Assembly (NCBI GenBank): GCA_963766735.1
Contig: CAVYBU010000017.1
Coordinates: forward strand, 128,001 to 192,000
Length of the DNA stretch: 64,000 nt
From: an uncultured Chloroflexia bacterium
GTDB taxonomy: Bacteria; Chloroflexota; Limnocylindria; Limnocylindrales; CSP1-4
Direction of reading: 5' to 3'
Within the stretch, counting starts at the first letter, position 1. The number at the start of each line of letters is the position of its first letter. The notes under the pieces are model-generated. The model made no database searches, had not been told where the DNA came from, and saw only the letters and a program-made list of their open reading frames with translations. Below are positions 47,381-57,300 of this stretch, piece after piece. The position numbers and the translations under genes are program-made.

Positions 47381-48340
47381 CTAGACGATGGGCCCGGCGG
47401 CGGTCTCCACCACGGCCTCGAGGTCGGGCTCGGAGCGCAGCTGGAGGACGAGGGCGCCGGCGAGCACCAGCGCACCGCCCACCGCCTGGATCGGTCCCAT
47501 CGCCTCGCCCAGCAGGAGTCCCGCGAGGAGGACGCCCACGACCGGCTCCAGCAGCATGAGGACGCCGGTCTGCGTCCCCCCGATCTTGCGAATCGCGGTG
47601 AGGAACAGCAGCGAGGAGACCCCCGCTGCCGCGACGCCCGCGAGCAGGATGGACGGCCACGGCTCGATGGACTGGAACGGCGCCAGGAGGGCGTCGGCCT
47701 CGCCGGTGAGGACGGCGACGCACGAGGCTCCGACGACGGCGGTCGAGAGGATGACGAGCGTTGCCGCGTCGGCAGGCACGGCCCGGTAGCCGGACCGGCT
47801 CACGGTCATGAACACCACCTGGCTGACGCCGGAGATGAGCCCGAGCACGATGCCGAGCGGTTCGATCGCCACGTCACCGCCCAGGCCCCCGACCAGCACC
47901 AGGACCACGCCGGTGGACGAGAGCACCAGCGCGAGGACGCGCGACGGCGTGGCCCGTTCGTGCCCGAGGAGCACGTCCAGCACGGCCACCCCCGCCGGGT
48001 ACGTGTAGAAGAGCATGAGCGTCAGCGCGATGGGGATCATGCCGAACGCCACGAACATCGACACGTTCAGCGTCACGCCCATGATGGCGGCCGTGCCCAG
48101 GGCCAGGCGGCCGTGCCGGGAGAGACCGCGCACGGAGGCCATCGACGAGCCAGCTGACCGCCGGCCCACGATCAGGACGGCGAGGAACGACGCACCGAGG
48201 AATGCCCGCCAGGCGGTGAAGGCGACACCGGTCACGCCGGCTTCCGCGCCGAAGCGCGATAGCGGGCCGAGCATGCCGAACAGGGCCGCGGCGGTGATGG
48301 CAGCGAGCGTGCCGATGAGGATGTCTCGGTCGCGGGACAT
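47381..48340 (-). CDS. DMT/EamA family transporter
   Basis: Ten TM segments, FYTYP and LLEPVVG motifs. Confidence 0.88.
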   Translation of the reverse strand: MSRDRDILIGTLAAITAAALFGMLGPLSRFGAEAGVTGVAFTAWRAFLGASFLAVLIVGRRSAGSSMASVRGLSRHGRLALGTAAIMGVTLNVSMFVAFGMIPIALTLMLFYTYPAGVAVLDVLLGHERATPSRVLALVLSSTGVVLVLVGGLGGDVAIEPLGIVLGLISGVSQVVFMTVSRSGYRAVPADAATLVILSTAVVGASCVAVLTGEADALLAPFQSIEPWPSILLAGVAAAGVSSLLFLTAIRKIGGTQTGVLMLLEPVVGVLLAGLLLGEAMGPIQAVGGALVLAGALVLQLRSEPDLEAVVETAAGPIV

Positions 48341-48356
48341 GCGGGCGTGTCCTCTG

Positions 48357-51074
48357 CTACGGCGCCGGCTGCAGCACCAGCAGGGCAGCCGACGCGTCGG
48401 CGATGGCCGGGTCGGTGAAGGGGAGCGGGACCGTCTCGTTGCGGAGCCACTTGCCCACCCAGTCGGCTGCATGGCTGCTGAACGGCTGACCGCTCTGGCC
48501 GGTGGTCGTGATGATCCGCCCGGCGTCGAGGCTGCCCATGTCGTACAGGGCCCGCATGGACGGACCATTCGTGACGTCGAACAGCTCCTGCAGCGTGTCC
48601 GCCACTGGGGCCTCGGGATCGGTCGGGTCCGGGTAGGCGCGCCCCAGCCGGTAGTAGTTGTTGTTCACGGCGCCGGCTGCTCCGTCCACCGGGACGGACG
48701 AGGTGTCGAAGTACCACTCGAGCGGTCCGATGCCGCTGACGCCCAGCGTGGCCTCCCTGAAGGCGATCCCGTGGATCCGGCCCCACCTCCAGGAGGCCGG
48801 GGCGCCCACGTCCCGGCGCAGCCACGAGCCCGCGGTGTCCAGCGCCGACGACACGACGTCCACGGCGGACGCGCCCGTTCCGGCTCTCCTGTCGCCCCAC
48901 CAGGCGGAGGCGCGACCCTCGGGGGTTGCGACCAGTGCCGCGGCCAGGTCGTGCGCGTAGTCAGTGCCGATGTAGTCGCGTGCCTGCGGGCCCAGGTCGT
49001 CGTCGTAGAGCGCTCTTTCCAGGGCCATCTCGAAGACGAGATAGGCGGAGCAGCCGACCGATGACGTGTCGCAGCGGCCGTCCCAGCGGGCGATGGCGGC
49101 CAGCACGGCGCCCCCGTCGTCCGTGGCCGGAGCAGGGCCCAGATCACTCACGCCGCTCATCAGCCGGGCGGCCCGCCGCAGGAGCGTGTCGCCCTGGATG
49201 GCAGCCATGGTGTCCAGCGTCACGCCGGTGCCGGCAGCGTCCAGCAGCTCTGTGATCCGGGCGGCGCGGTCGCCGCGGTCGAACTCCACGCCGAGGAACA
49301 CCGGGCCGCCGTCGATCTTGTTGTTGGCCGTGACGATGCGGCCGGACGGGGGATCGAAGACGGACGGCAGGTCGTCGAACGGGACGAAGCCCTCCCATTC
49401 GTGCCGCCCGTCCCAGCCCGGGACCGGCCGCAGGCCCTGGTCGGCTGGATCGGTCCGGACCGGGATCGCGCCCGGCAGCTGGTACCCGATGTGGCCGTCG
49501 GCGTCGGCGTAGACGAAGTTCTGCGCGGGGGCCCCGAACAAGCGCAGGGCGTCCCGGAACGAGGTCCAGTCGCTGGCCCGGTCGATGGCCAGGAACGCCT
49601 CGCTCACCCGGTCCGGGATGGCGATCGCCGTCCAGCGGAGCGCGTACAGCGACGACGCGCCCGTGAGGCGGGCGTCCGCGTCGTTCAGGACGGGACCGTG
49701 GGAGGTTGCGCGGACGGTCAGCGTCACGTCCTCGCCGCCGGCGACCTTGATGGTCTCTGTCCGGACGGTGAACGGGGCGGAGCCGTCGACCGTCAGGTAG
49801 CGCGACGGATCCGCGGGATCGACCCTCTCCTCGACGAGGTCCTGGACGTCCGGGCCCGCGTTGGTGACGCCCCAGGCGATGCGCGCGTTGTGCCCCGCGA
49901 TCACGCCCGGCGTGCCCGGGAACGTGACGCCCGCCACGTCGTACGGGCAGGCGGCGGAGACTGGCCGGCAGTGGAGGCCGTTCACGTACCAGACGGACGG
50001 CATGTTGAAGCCGAGGTGCGGGTCGTTCGCGAGCAGCGCGGTCCCGGTGGCGGATCTCTCCGGTGCCACGACCCAGTTGTTGGAACCGACGCCGCCGTCG
50101 TTCACCAGGTCGCGCGCGGGTGCGAGGCCGGCGATGGAGGGGATCGCGTTCGCGACCCGCGCGAGCGCGAGCCAGGCCTCGGGATCGACCGCCAGGGCGG
50201 CCCCGGAGCCGGCTCCCGCCGGGGCGGGCAGGGCGGGACCGGCCGTCGTGCGGGCCGTCTTGCCGGCCGTCGTGCCGGTTCCAGCGGCGCCGGCTGCAGC
50301 GCCGTCTCCCGCGCGGCTCGCCGCCGTTGCCCCATCCTCGGGTGCCGCGATGACCGGCTGGTCCGCGGCGTAGGCGGGGAACAGCTCGTCGGTGAGGGCC
50401 GGGTCGCCCAGGCGCGCATCGACCAGCATCCGGAAGATCTCGCTGTCCATGTTCCCGCCCAGGCCCCATGCCTGGACCTTCGCCCAGGTCAGCGTGTCCA
50501 GCGGCGTCCACGGCTCGGGCCGCAGGCCGTCCATGCCGGTTGTCCCACCGGACAGCAGCCCGGCCGCCGTGAACGCGACGCCGAGCGAGCCCGGGTGGCC
50601 GGCGAGGTAGGCGTTGATCCCGTCGGCGTAGGCCTGGAGGATGGCCTTCGCGTCCTCGGACAGGACCTCGAGGTCGCGAGCGGCCGCGCCGCGCCAGTCA
50701 AGGGTTCGCACGAAGGTATCCGTCTCCACCTGGCTCTCGCCGAACAGCTCGGACAGACGCCCCGCGCCGATGCGGCGCCAGATCTCCATCTGCCACATCC
50801 GCTCGGACGCGTGGACCCAGCCCTGGGCGAAGAACAGGTCGTGCTGGCTGCCGGCGGCGATGTGGGTCACTCCACTCTCGTCGCGCGAGATCCGCACCTC
50901 GGCGCTGAGGCCCGCCACCGCGCGCGTGCCGGAGAGCTGTGGCTGGGCGCCCGCCGTCACGGCCGCCACCAGGCCGCCTGCGGCGAGGACGGCGACCACC
51001 AGGACCACCACGATCGCAACCAGCCCGCCGCGCAGCACTCGACCCACGAAACGCTCCTCCTCCGGTCCGGCCAC
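48357..51074 (-). CDS. Penicillin acylase family Ntn hydrolase with N-terminal membrane anchor
   Basis: AQGWVHASERMWQM, GSNNWVV (nucleophile Ser), LANDPHL, QNFVYAD, TANN, GQSG. Confidence 0.92.
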   Translation of the reverse strand: MAGPEEERFVGRVLRGGLVAIVVVLVVAVLAAGGLVAAVTAGAQPQLSGTRAVAGLSAEVRISRDESGVTHIAAGSQHDLFFAQGWVHASERMWQMEIWRRIGAGRLSELFGESQVETDTFVRTLDWRGAAARDLEVLSEDAKAILQAYADGINAYLAGHPGSLGVAFTAAGLLSGGTTGMDGLRPEPWTPLDTLTWAKVQAWGLGGNMDSEIFRMLVDARLGDPALTDELFPAYAADQPVIAAPEDGATAASRAGDGAAAGAAGTGTTAGKTARTTAGPALPAPAGAGSGAALAVDPEAWLALARVANAIPSIAGLAPARDLVNDGGVGSNNWVVAPERSATGTALLANDPHLGFNMPSVWYVNGLHCRPVSAACPYDVAGVTFPGTPGVIAGHNARIAWGVTNAGPDVQDLVEERVDPADPSRYLTVDGSAPFTVRTETIKVAGGEDVTLTVRATSHGPVLNDADARLTGASSLYALRWTAIAIPDRVSEAFLAIDRASDWTSFRDALRLFGAPAQNFVYADADGHIGYQLPGAIPVRTDPADQGLRPVPGWDGRHEWEGFVPFDDLPSVFDPPSGRIVTANNKIDGGPVFLGVEFDRGDRAARITELLDAAGTGVTLDTMAAIQGDTLLRRAARLMSGVSDLGPAPATDDGGAVLAAIARWDGRCDTSSVGCSAYLVFEMALERALYDDDLGPQARDYIGTDYAHDLAAALVATPEGRASAWWGDRRAGTGASAVDVVSSALDTAGSWLRRDVGAPASWRWGRIHGIAFREATLGVSGIGPLEWYFDTSSVPVDGAAGAVNNNYYRLGRAYPDPTDPEAPVADTLQELFDVTNGPSMRALYDMGSLDAGRIITTTGQSGQPFSSHAADWVGKWLRNETVPLPFTDPAIADASAALLVLQPAP

Positions 51075-51151
51075 CGGGTGCGCCGCTCCGGGCGTCGTGC
51101 TCCTCGTGACCAGGCCGCGTCAGGCTACCAGCGGGCCCGGGCGTCCGTTGG

Positions 51152-52150
51152 TCAGCGCGGCAGGATCGTGCCCAGCCCGCGCTCCTCGGCCGCGGCCAGG
51201 ATCGCCTCGCCGAACAGCACGTCCGTGAGCCCCGTGCCCAGGTGGGTGGCCACCACGCGACCGGCCGGCCGCGCCTCGTCCAGCATCTCGCCGATCATCG
51301 CCGCCGGGTCCGGGTACCCGTCGAAGTTGCCGATCTCGCGGTTGGCCAGGAACTGCCCGGTGTGGTCCACGACGAACAGCGAGGCCTCGAGGGCCACCTC
51401 GGCCGAGCAGTAGGTGGCGTAGTCCACCGGCACGACCAGCGCGCCCGGGGTCAGCCACTCGTTGGTCATGACCTGGCGCTCGGGCGGCGCGACGAATGAC
51501 GCCACGGTGATCACGACGTCCGCACCCTCCACGGCGTCCCGCGCGGACCTCGTCACCCGCACGGAGGCGATGCCCGGGGTGCGGCGCGCGCCCTCCGCGA
51601 GCGCCTCGGCCCGGTCCTCGTCACGGTCGAAGACGGCCAGCTCCACGCCCGGCAGCACGTACCCGAGCACCGGAACATGACTCCAGCCCTGCACGCCCGC
51701 GCCGATCAGGGCCGCGCGCCGTGCACCGCTGGGCGTGCCCGCCGGCGCGAACGCCCGGATCGCGACGCCACTGACCGCAGCCGTCCGCTCGGCCGTGATG
51801 GGCCCCGCGTCGAGGACCGCGATCGGGGCGGTGGTCAGGGGATCGTTGAGGATGAGGAGACCGTAGATGCCCTGGAGCCCGGCCTCGTTGTTCGCCGGGT
51901 TGCCCGAGACCCACTTCATGCCCAGCCGGTCGCCCGATCCGTCATCGGCGAGGCCCGGCAGGAACGCCGGCATCGCGTGTGCGAAGGACGACAAGGCACG
52001 CGGGTGGACGCCGATCTTGGGCGGCAGCTCTGCACCCCCGGCGAGGCCCCGCAGGGTCTGCTCGGCCAGGACCAGGCGCTGGGGCAGGGACGGCATCGCG
52101 GCGGCGACATCGGCACCGGAGAGGTAGCGGAGCGGCGGCAGGGAAATCAT
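51152..52150 (-). CDS. Ornithine cyclodeaminase / mu-crystallin family protein
   Basis: MPA, GMKWVS, ITAERTAAVS, IGAGVQG, GTGLTD. Confidence 0.88.
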   Translation of the reverse strand: MISLPPLRYLSGADVAAAMPSLPQRLVLAEQTLRGLAGGAELPPKIGVHPRALSSFAHAMPAFLPGLADDGSGDRLGMKWVSGNPANNEAGLQGIYGLLILNDPLTTAPIAVLDAGPITAERTAAVSGVAIRAFAPAGTPSGARRAALIGAGVQGWSHVPVLGYVLPGVELAVFDRDEDRAEALAEGARRTPGIASVRVTRSARDAVEGADVVITVASFVAPPERQVMTNEWLTPGALVVPVDYATYCSAEVALEASLFVVDHTGQFLANREIGNFDGYPDPAAMIGEMLDEARPAGRVVATHLGTGLTDVLFGEAILAAAEERGLGTILPR

Positions 52151-52215
52151 GGCCGGAGTGTAGGCGAATGCACGTACGGGACCCGGTCCCGCGCGACGTT
52201 CGCTAGATTGGAGCG

Positions 52216-53427
52216 GTGAACATCGCGACCAGCCTTGAGAACCTCAAGCTCGAGCAGGATGCCATCGTCCTGTATGACGCCCTCGCCACCATCGAGAAGG
52301 ACCAGAAGCGCGCCGCGGCGTTCCGCCACATCGCCGGCAACGAGCGCCGCCACGCCGCGATCTGGGAGGATCGCCTCCGGGAGCTGGGCGCGACCGTGCC
52401 GCCCGCAGGCCGTCCCCGAGCCCGAGTCCGTTTCGTCATCGTCCTCGCCCGCCTGTTCGGGACGCGGTTCGTCAGCGACATGGTCAAGGCGATCGAGGGC
52501 GACGAGGAGGCGGTCTACGCCGGGCAGGAGACGCACCCGGCCGTGGAGGCCATCGCCGCCGACGAGCGCGAGCACGCCGAGATCTGGAAGCGCCTGGACG
52601 GCGAGGCCAAGGCAACCAAGGAGGCGGGGTCCCGCCGGCGCGCCCGTCGCACCCCGGCGGACGAGGTCTCCGCCGTTGCCCATCCGGGCATCGAGCCGGG
52701 AGCCGCCCAGGCTGCGCAGACCATCGCCCGCGGCGAGCGCTGGCACACCAGCGGCCGATCGGGGACCCTGCGCGCCACGATCTTCGGCGTGTCGGACGGC
52801 CTCGTGTCCAACCTGGCGCTCGTCATGGGCGTCGCGGGCGCTTCGGACCAGGGATCGTTCATCCTCCTCGCAGGTATCGCGGGCCTCCTGGCCGGCGCAT
52901 TCAGCATGGCCGCGGGCGAGTACATCTCGATGCAGAGCCAGCGTGAGCTGTTCGAGCGCCAGATCGCGCTCGAGAAGGCAGAGCTGGAGGCGATGCCCGA
53001 AGAGGAGCAGAAGGAGCTGGCCGCGCTCTACATGGCCAAGGGCTTCACCCGGGAGGAAGCGGACACGATCGCAGCCCGGATGTTCGAGGATCCGAAGACC
53101 GCGCTGGACACGCTGGTCCGCGAGGAGCTGGGCCTGGACCCGGATGAGCTGGGCTCGCCCTGGGGCGCCGCGCTCGGCTCGTTCCTCGCGTTCTGCGTCG
53201 GGGCCATCATCCCGGTGTTCCCGTACTTCTTCGGCAGCAGCACGGCGATCTTCGTCCTCAGCTTCGTCCTCAGCCTGGGTGCCCTGTTCCTGGTCGGGGC
53301 GATGGTCAGCCTGCTGACGGGTCGCAGCATCTGGTACTCCGGCTTCCGCCAGATGGGACTTGGCGCCGCGGCCGCGGCCGTCACCTTCGCCGTGGGCACG
53401 GTCATCGGCGTCGGGGTCTCGGGGTAG
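52216..53427 (+). CDS. Ferritin/rubrerythrin-like domain fused to VIT1/CCC1 transporter
   Basis: N-terminal E...ERRH and E...EREH di-iron motifs; C-terminal FGVSDGLVSN and SMAAGEYIS VIT1 motifs. Confidence 0.9.
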   Translation: MNIATSLENLKLEQDAIVLYDALATIEKDQKRAAAFRHIAGNERRHAAIWEDRLRELGATVPPAGRPRARVRFVIVLARLFGTRFVSDMVKAIEGDEEAVYAGQETHPAVEAIAADEREHAEIWKRLDGEAKATKEAGSRRRARRTPADEVSAVAHPGIEPGAAQAAQTIARGERWHTSGRSGTLRATIFGVSDGLVSNLALVMGVAGASDQGSFILLAGIAGLLAGAFSMAAGEYISMQSQRELFERQIALEKAELEAMPEEEQKELAALYMAKGFTREEADTIAARMFEDPKTALDTLVREELGLDPDELGSPWGAALGSFLAFCVGAIIPVFPYFFGSSTAIFVLSFVLSLGALFLVGAMVSLLTGRSIWYSGFRQMGLGAAAAAVTFAVGTVIGVGVSG

Positions 53428-53430
53428 GGG

Positions 53431-53748
53431 ATGGACGCCGTGGAGATCGCCGGACGGCTGGCCGCGGAGGGCCTGGAGCCGGCAACCTGGTCCAACGGGC
53501 CGGGCGATCGATACTCGCCCCACGAGCACGCGTACGACAAGGTCATGGTCTGCGCCGCCGGATCGATCCGGTTCGGCCTGCCGGCCCGCGGCATCACCGT
53601 TGACCTCGTGGCCGGCGACCGTCTCGAGCTGCCGGCCGGCACGCGCCACGACGCGATCGTCGGTCCCGCGGGCGTCACCATGCTCGAGGCGCACGTGCCG
53701 GCAGGCACCGTGCCGGAGCTCAGGCGGCGGTCCGCAGGGACCTGGTAG
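53431..53748 (+). CDS. Small cupin protein
   Basis: HEH...GSIRF...GDRLELPAGTRHDA cupin motifs. Confidence 0.85.
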   Translation: MDAVEIAGRLAAEGLEPATWSNGPGDRYSPHEHAYDKVMVCAAGSIRFGLPARGITVDLVAGDRLELPAGTRHDAIVGPAGVTMLEAHVPAGTVPELRRRSAGTW

Positions 53749-53854
53749 GGCTGGACCCGAAGCGGCCCGCGTCAGGTCCGGGGACCGGCGCCTGGCGCTG
53801 TACACATCCCGATGTCCGTCCGCCGTCCCGTCCGCCGGCGGCCGGCAGGACGCC

Positions 53855-54832
53855 CTACGGCACGCTTCCGATGCAGACCCGGCCGCCGGGCGTGCCCTCG
53901 ATACGGTAGCCGGCCGCCGAGGCGGGGACCACGAGCGTCTCCCAGCGGGCCAGCCGCTCCGACCAGCCGTCGCCCGTGATGAGTGCGTCGCCGTCGATGA
54001 CCGTCACGACCTCCAGGCTGCGGCCGCCGGGGTTGCGCCTGACCGGGCCGGGGAGCGGCGCGATCTCGAGCCGGAACTCGCGCACGGTGAGGGCGCCGCC
54101 GTCCAGCTGCCAGTCCCGGCCGACCGCAACCGCATGGGCCTCGGTCCGGAGCGCGCGGAGCGATTCCTCCGGGTGCAGCGCCCGTCCCGGTATCGGCGGA
54201 CGCCCCCAGTCCGAGATGCGGAACGTCAGGTCGGAAGGCTGCTCGATCTCGTAGACGAACGTGCCCGCGCCGATCGCGTGGAGGGTGCCGGTCTCGATGA
54301 GGAACGTGTCGCCCGGGGTGGCCGGCCGAACCTCGCAATTGTCGCGGGCCAGCATCCCGGTGGCGACCGCGGCCCGCAGCTCCGCCTCGGGCAGGTCCGG
54401 ACCTGGTCCCGTGATGAGCTCGGCGCCCGGGTCCGCGTCCAGCACGAGCCATGCCTCCGTCTTGCCCAGCGCATCCGCGCCGTACAACTCGGCGGCAAGA
54501 TCGTCCGATGGATGGACCTGCAACGACAGTCGCTCCGCGGCATCGATCAGCTTGACGATGAGCGGGAAGCGTGGCCCCAGAAGGCGCAGGGCGGCCGAAC
54601 CCAGGAGGGCGTCCCCGGCGGCGGCGGCGATCGCGTCCAGGCTGGCCAGGTCGCCGGTAGCGGTCTCGACCAGCGTGTCCGGACCCGCGAGCCACAACTC
54701 TCCCACGTGTTCGGTGGATCTCCCCAGCCGATGGCCTGCCCACGGCCGGATGCTGGGGGCGGGTATCGGCCGCAGCGGGAGTCCCGCCGAGATCGCCGCG
54801 ATCGCCGATGCCGCGAGCGTGGGCCGGGTCAC
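53855..54832 (-). CDS. Class I mannose-6-phosphate isomerase
   Basis: GELW, FPLIVKLIDA, LSLQVHP, KTEAW, GTLHAIG, EIEQPSDLTFR. Confidence 0.9.
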   Translation of the reverse strand: MTRPTLAASAIAAISAGLPLRPIPAPSIRPWAGHRLGRSTEHVGELWLAGPDTLVETATGDLASLDAIAAAAGDALLGSAALRLLGPRFPLIVKLIDAAERLSLQVHPSDDLAAELYGADALGKTEAWLVLDADPGAELITGPGPDLPEAELRAAVATGMLARDNCEVRPATPGDTFLIETGTLHAIGAGTFVYEIEQPSDLTFRISDWGRPPIPGRALHPEESLRALRTEAHAVAVGRDWQLDGGALTVREFRLEIAPLPGPVRRNPGGRSLEVVTVIDGDALITGDGWSERLARWETLVVPASAAGYRIEGTPGGRVCIGSVP

Positions 54833-54891
54833 AGCGGCTGGATCCTCCTGCGTCGGGGTCGGCCGCCATTGTACGGGTGGCAGAATCGCGA

Positions 54892-54918
54892 ACGCCCCGG
54901 TCGGCAGGACCGGGGCGT
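54892..54918 (-). terminator. Perfect 11-bp hairpin downstream of the small membrane-protein ORF
   Basis: ACGCCCCGGTC-GGCAG-GACCGGGGCGT. Confidence 0.6.
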
Positions 54919-54942
54919 CAGTGGGGTAGGCTACTCGCGCGG

Positions 54943-55077
54943 CTAGCGGCGACCGAACACGGCCCACCTGAGCGGGTTGTCACTCGGCTCGGAGAAACTC
55001 CCCGGATCCTCGGTGCCCATCAGGACGATCACGATCGAGAACACCACGAGGAGCGCGAGCACGGTAAGGATGACCAT
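54943..55077 (-). CDS. Small single-pass membrane protein (44 aa), absent from the ORF track
   Basis: MVILTVLALLVVFSIVIVLMGTEDPGSFSEPSDNPLRWAVFGRR, with strong GC3 bias, followed by a hairpin. Frame stays open upstream (LRKQKWWTT). Confidence 0.55.
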   Translation of the reverse strand: MVILTVLALLVVFSIVIVLMGTEDPGSFSEPSDNPLRWAVFGRR

Positions 55078-55233
55078 CGTCGTCCACCATTTCTGTTTTC
55101 GCAGGATTGCCGTGGACCGGACGGTCCCGCCGGATGATTGGCGGGGTCGGCATCCTGATGCCCCTTGGAATGTTCATATCATAACCTACGAACCATAGGC
55201 CAGCAAGTAGATCCACCTAAGGAATAGGTACCA

Positions 55234-55719
55234 GTGACCAAGAACCATCCGCTCAGCGACAACGATGCGCGTCTCCTGGCCATCCTGCAGGTGGACGGAC
55301 GGCGGTCGTACGCGGATCTCGGCTCGGATGTGGGCATGGCGGGCCCATCGGCATACGAGCGCGTCAAGAAGCTGGAGTCGCGCGGGTTCATCCACGGGTA
55401 CTCGGCGAACGTGAGCCCCGCTGCCGTCGGGCTGTCCGTGCTGGCGTTCACCTGGGTGACGCAGGCGCCGGGGACGGTCGCCGTGGATCTCACGCCGCGG
55501 TTCGCCGCGTTCCCCGAGATCGAGGAGTGCCACCACGTCGCCGGCGCGGCCGACTACATCCTCAAGATCCGTGCCAGGGACATGGACCACATGGGCGCCA
55601 TCGTCCGGCGGGTCCAGACCACGCAGCACGTCTTCTCGACCGAGACCGACGTGGTCTTCAGCACCGGGTTTGAGGGGCGGCCGATCCCACTCGACCGGAG
55701 CGCCGCCGAACCCACCTGA
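55234..55719 (+). CDS. Lrp/AsnC family transcriptional regulator
   Basis: LQVDGRRSYADLG, ERVKKLESRGFI, ECHHVAGAADYILK. Confidence 0.93.
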   Translation: MTKNHPLSDNDARLLAILQVDGRRSYADLGSDVGMAGPSAYERVKKLESRGFIHGYSANVSPAAVGLSVLAFTWVTQAPGTVAVDLTPRFAAFPEIEECHHVAGAADYILKIRARDMDHMGAIVRRVQTTQHVFSTETDVVFSTGFEGRPIPLDRSAAEPT

Positions 55720-55759
55720 ACGGGACGCCGAGCGGGCGTTTGGGGGCCCGTACCGGGCG

Positions 55760-56077
55760 TCAGACGGGCTGCACCGGCTCCGGACTGCCGGTGGTCGCGT
55801 GCTGGGCTTCGAGCCCGGTCAGGTCCTCCGGATCGACCAGCAGGTCCGGCGGTGGGAAGCCCAGGTAGCGGCGATGGGCGTGCAGAACGCGCTCGGCTGC
55901 CTCGGCGTCAAGGAGCGGCTCGTCCAGGGACCGGGCAATCCACGCGGCCTCCGCGGCCAGCTCCTCGTCCGAGACCTCTGAGTCGCGGCGGTTCGAATCG
56001 GCCATCACCAGCCACGTGAGGGCGCCGCCGGCGATCAGGCCGACGATGAGGAGCCACCAGTTGAACTCGGCGCTCAC
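55760..56077 (-). CDS. Hypothetical protein with N-terminal TM helix
   Basis: EFNWWLLIVGLIAGGALTWLV followed by an acidic soluble domain; coding-like codon usage. Confidence 0.6.
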   Translation of the reverse strand: MSAEFNWWLLIVGLIAGGALTWLVMADSNRRDSEVSDEELAAEAAWIARSLDEPLLDAEAAERVLHAHRRYLGFPPPDLLVDPEDLTGLEAQHATTGSPEPVQPV

Positions 56078-56170
56078 GGGCGTGCGGCCCGGCGCCCTGA
56101 CGAGGACTGCATCGGTGGCGAGGATAACCGACACGGGCCCCGGTCCGCAGCCGGGCTACACTGCGCCGAG

Positions 56171-57300
56171 ATGTCCCCCTCCACGTTCCTGATCGCACTG
56201 TTCGCCCCCGTGCTGGCGCTGATCTCCATCACGCCGGACCCGATCGCCCTCCAGATCGGTTCGATCCCGCTCTACTGGTACGGCGTCTGCTACGCGGTGG
56301 GGCTGGCGGCCACCTACGTCGTCATCACCCGGGAGGCCCGCCGGCGGGGGCTGAACGCGCGCCTCGTGGACAACGGGATCATCGTGGTCGGGATCGCGGC
56401 GCTGGTCGGCGGTCGCTTGTACCACGTCATCGACCAGTGGCAGCTGTACCAGGACAACCTGATCGGGATCATCCTGCCGCCCTACAGCGGCCTGGGCGTC
56501 TACGGTGGGATCTTCACCGGGGTGCTGGTGGCGTGGGTTCTCATCCGCTTCTGGGGACAGCCCTTCTGGCGCTGGGCGGACGTCATCGCACCCGGCCTGT
56601 TCGTGATGCAGGCGATCGGGCGGTGGGGCAACTTCTTCAACCAGGAGCTGTACGGCCCGCCGACCGATCTGCCGTGGGGCATCGCGATCGACTGCGCCCA
56701 CCGGGTGGCTCCCTACCCGTGCACGACGTACCCGCTCCTCACCACCGGGTTCCAGCCGCTGTTCCTGTACGAGTCGCTCAGCGGGGTCCTGGGCGCGATC
56801 ACGCTGCTCTGGATTGCCCGTCGGTACGGACGGCACATGCGGCCCGGCGACCTGTTCCTCATGTTCCTGGTGTGGTATGCCGTGGTGCGGTTCGCGCTGG
56901 AGACACTGCGGACGGGCAACTGGACATTCCTCGGCATCCCGACCGCGATGCTGGTGTCGGTCCTGGTGATCATCGGGGCGCTCGCGGTGCTGGCCCTGCG
57001 GCACCGGCCAGGCGCCGGCGGAGACCGCTGGGGCGATCCGGCGGCGCCCGTCGTCGATGGGGACGCCCAAGCCGATGGGGCTTCCGGAGCCGATGATGAT
57101 GCCGACTGGATCGAGGACGACGAGGAGGCCGATGGACACCAAGAGTCAGGTGGGCCCGGTGGACCCGACGCCGGCGAGCCGGCGGACCCGGCGAGCCCGG
57201 ACGGGCTGGACCCGACGCCGGCGAGCCAGGCGGACCCGGCGAGCCCGGCGACCCTCTCGGGGCTGACACGCCCGGAGAAGGACCTGCCCGAGCCGGCTGA
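56171..57300 (+). CDS. lgt: Prolipoprotein diacylglyceryl transferase; reads through into plsC as given, but probably ends at 57300 once a lost base at ~57180 is restored
   Basis: YWYG, GGRLYHV, GLGVYGG, QAIGRWGNFFNQELYG, FLYES, RFALE motifs. Confidence 0.85.
57160..57248 (+). repeat. Two-copy ~42-bp tandem repeat at the lgt/plsC junction; copy 1 lacks one A
   Basis: TGGACCCGACGCCGGCGAGCC(A)GGCGGACCCGGCGAGCCCGG at 57160 and 57207. Period is 47 and would be 48 with the A. Confidence 0.85.
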
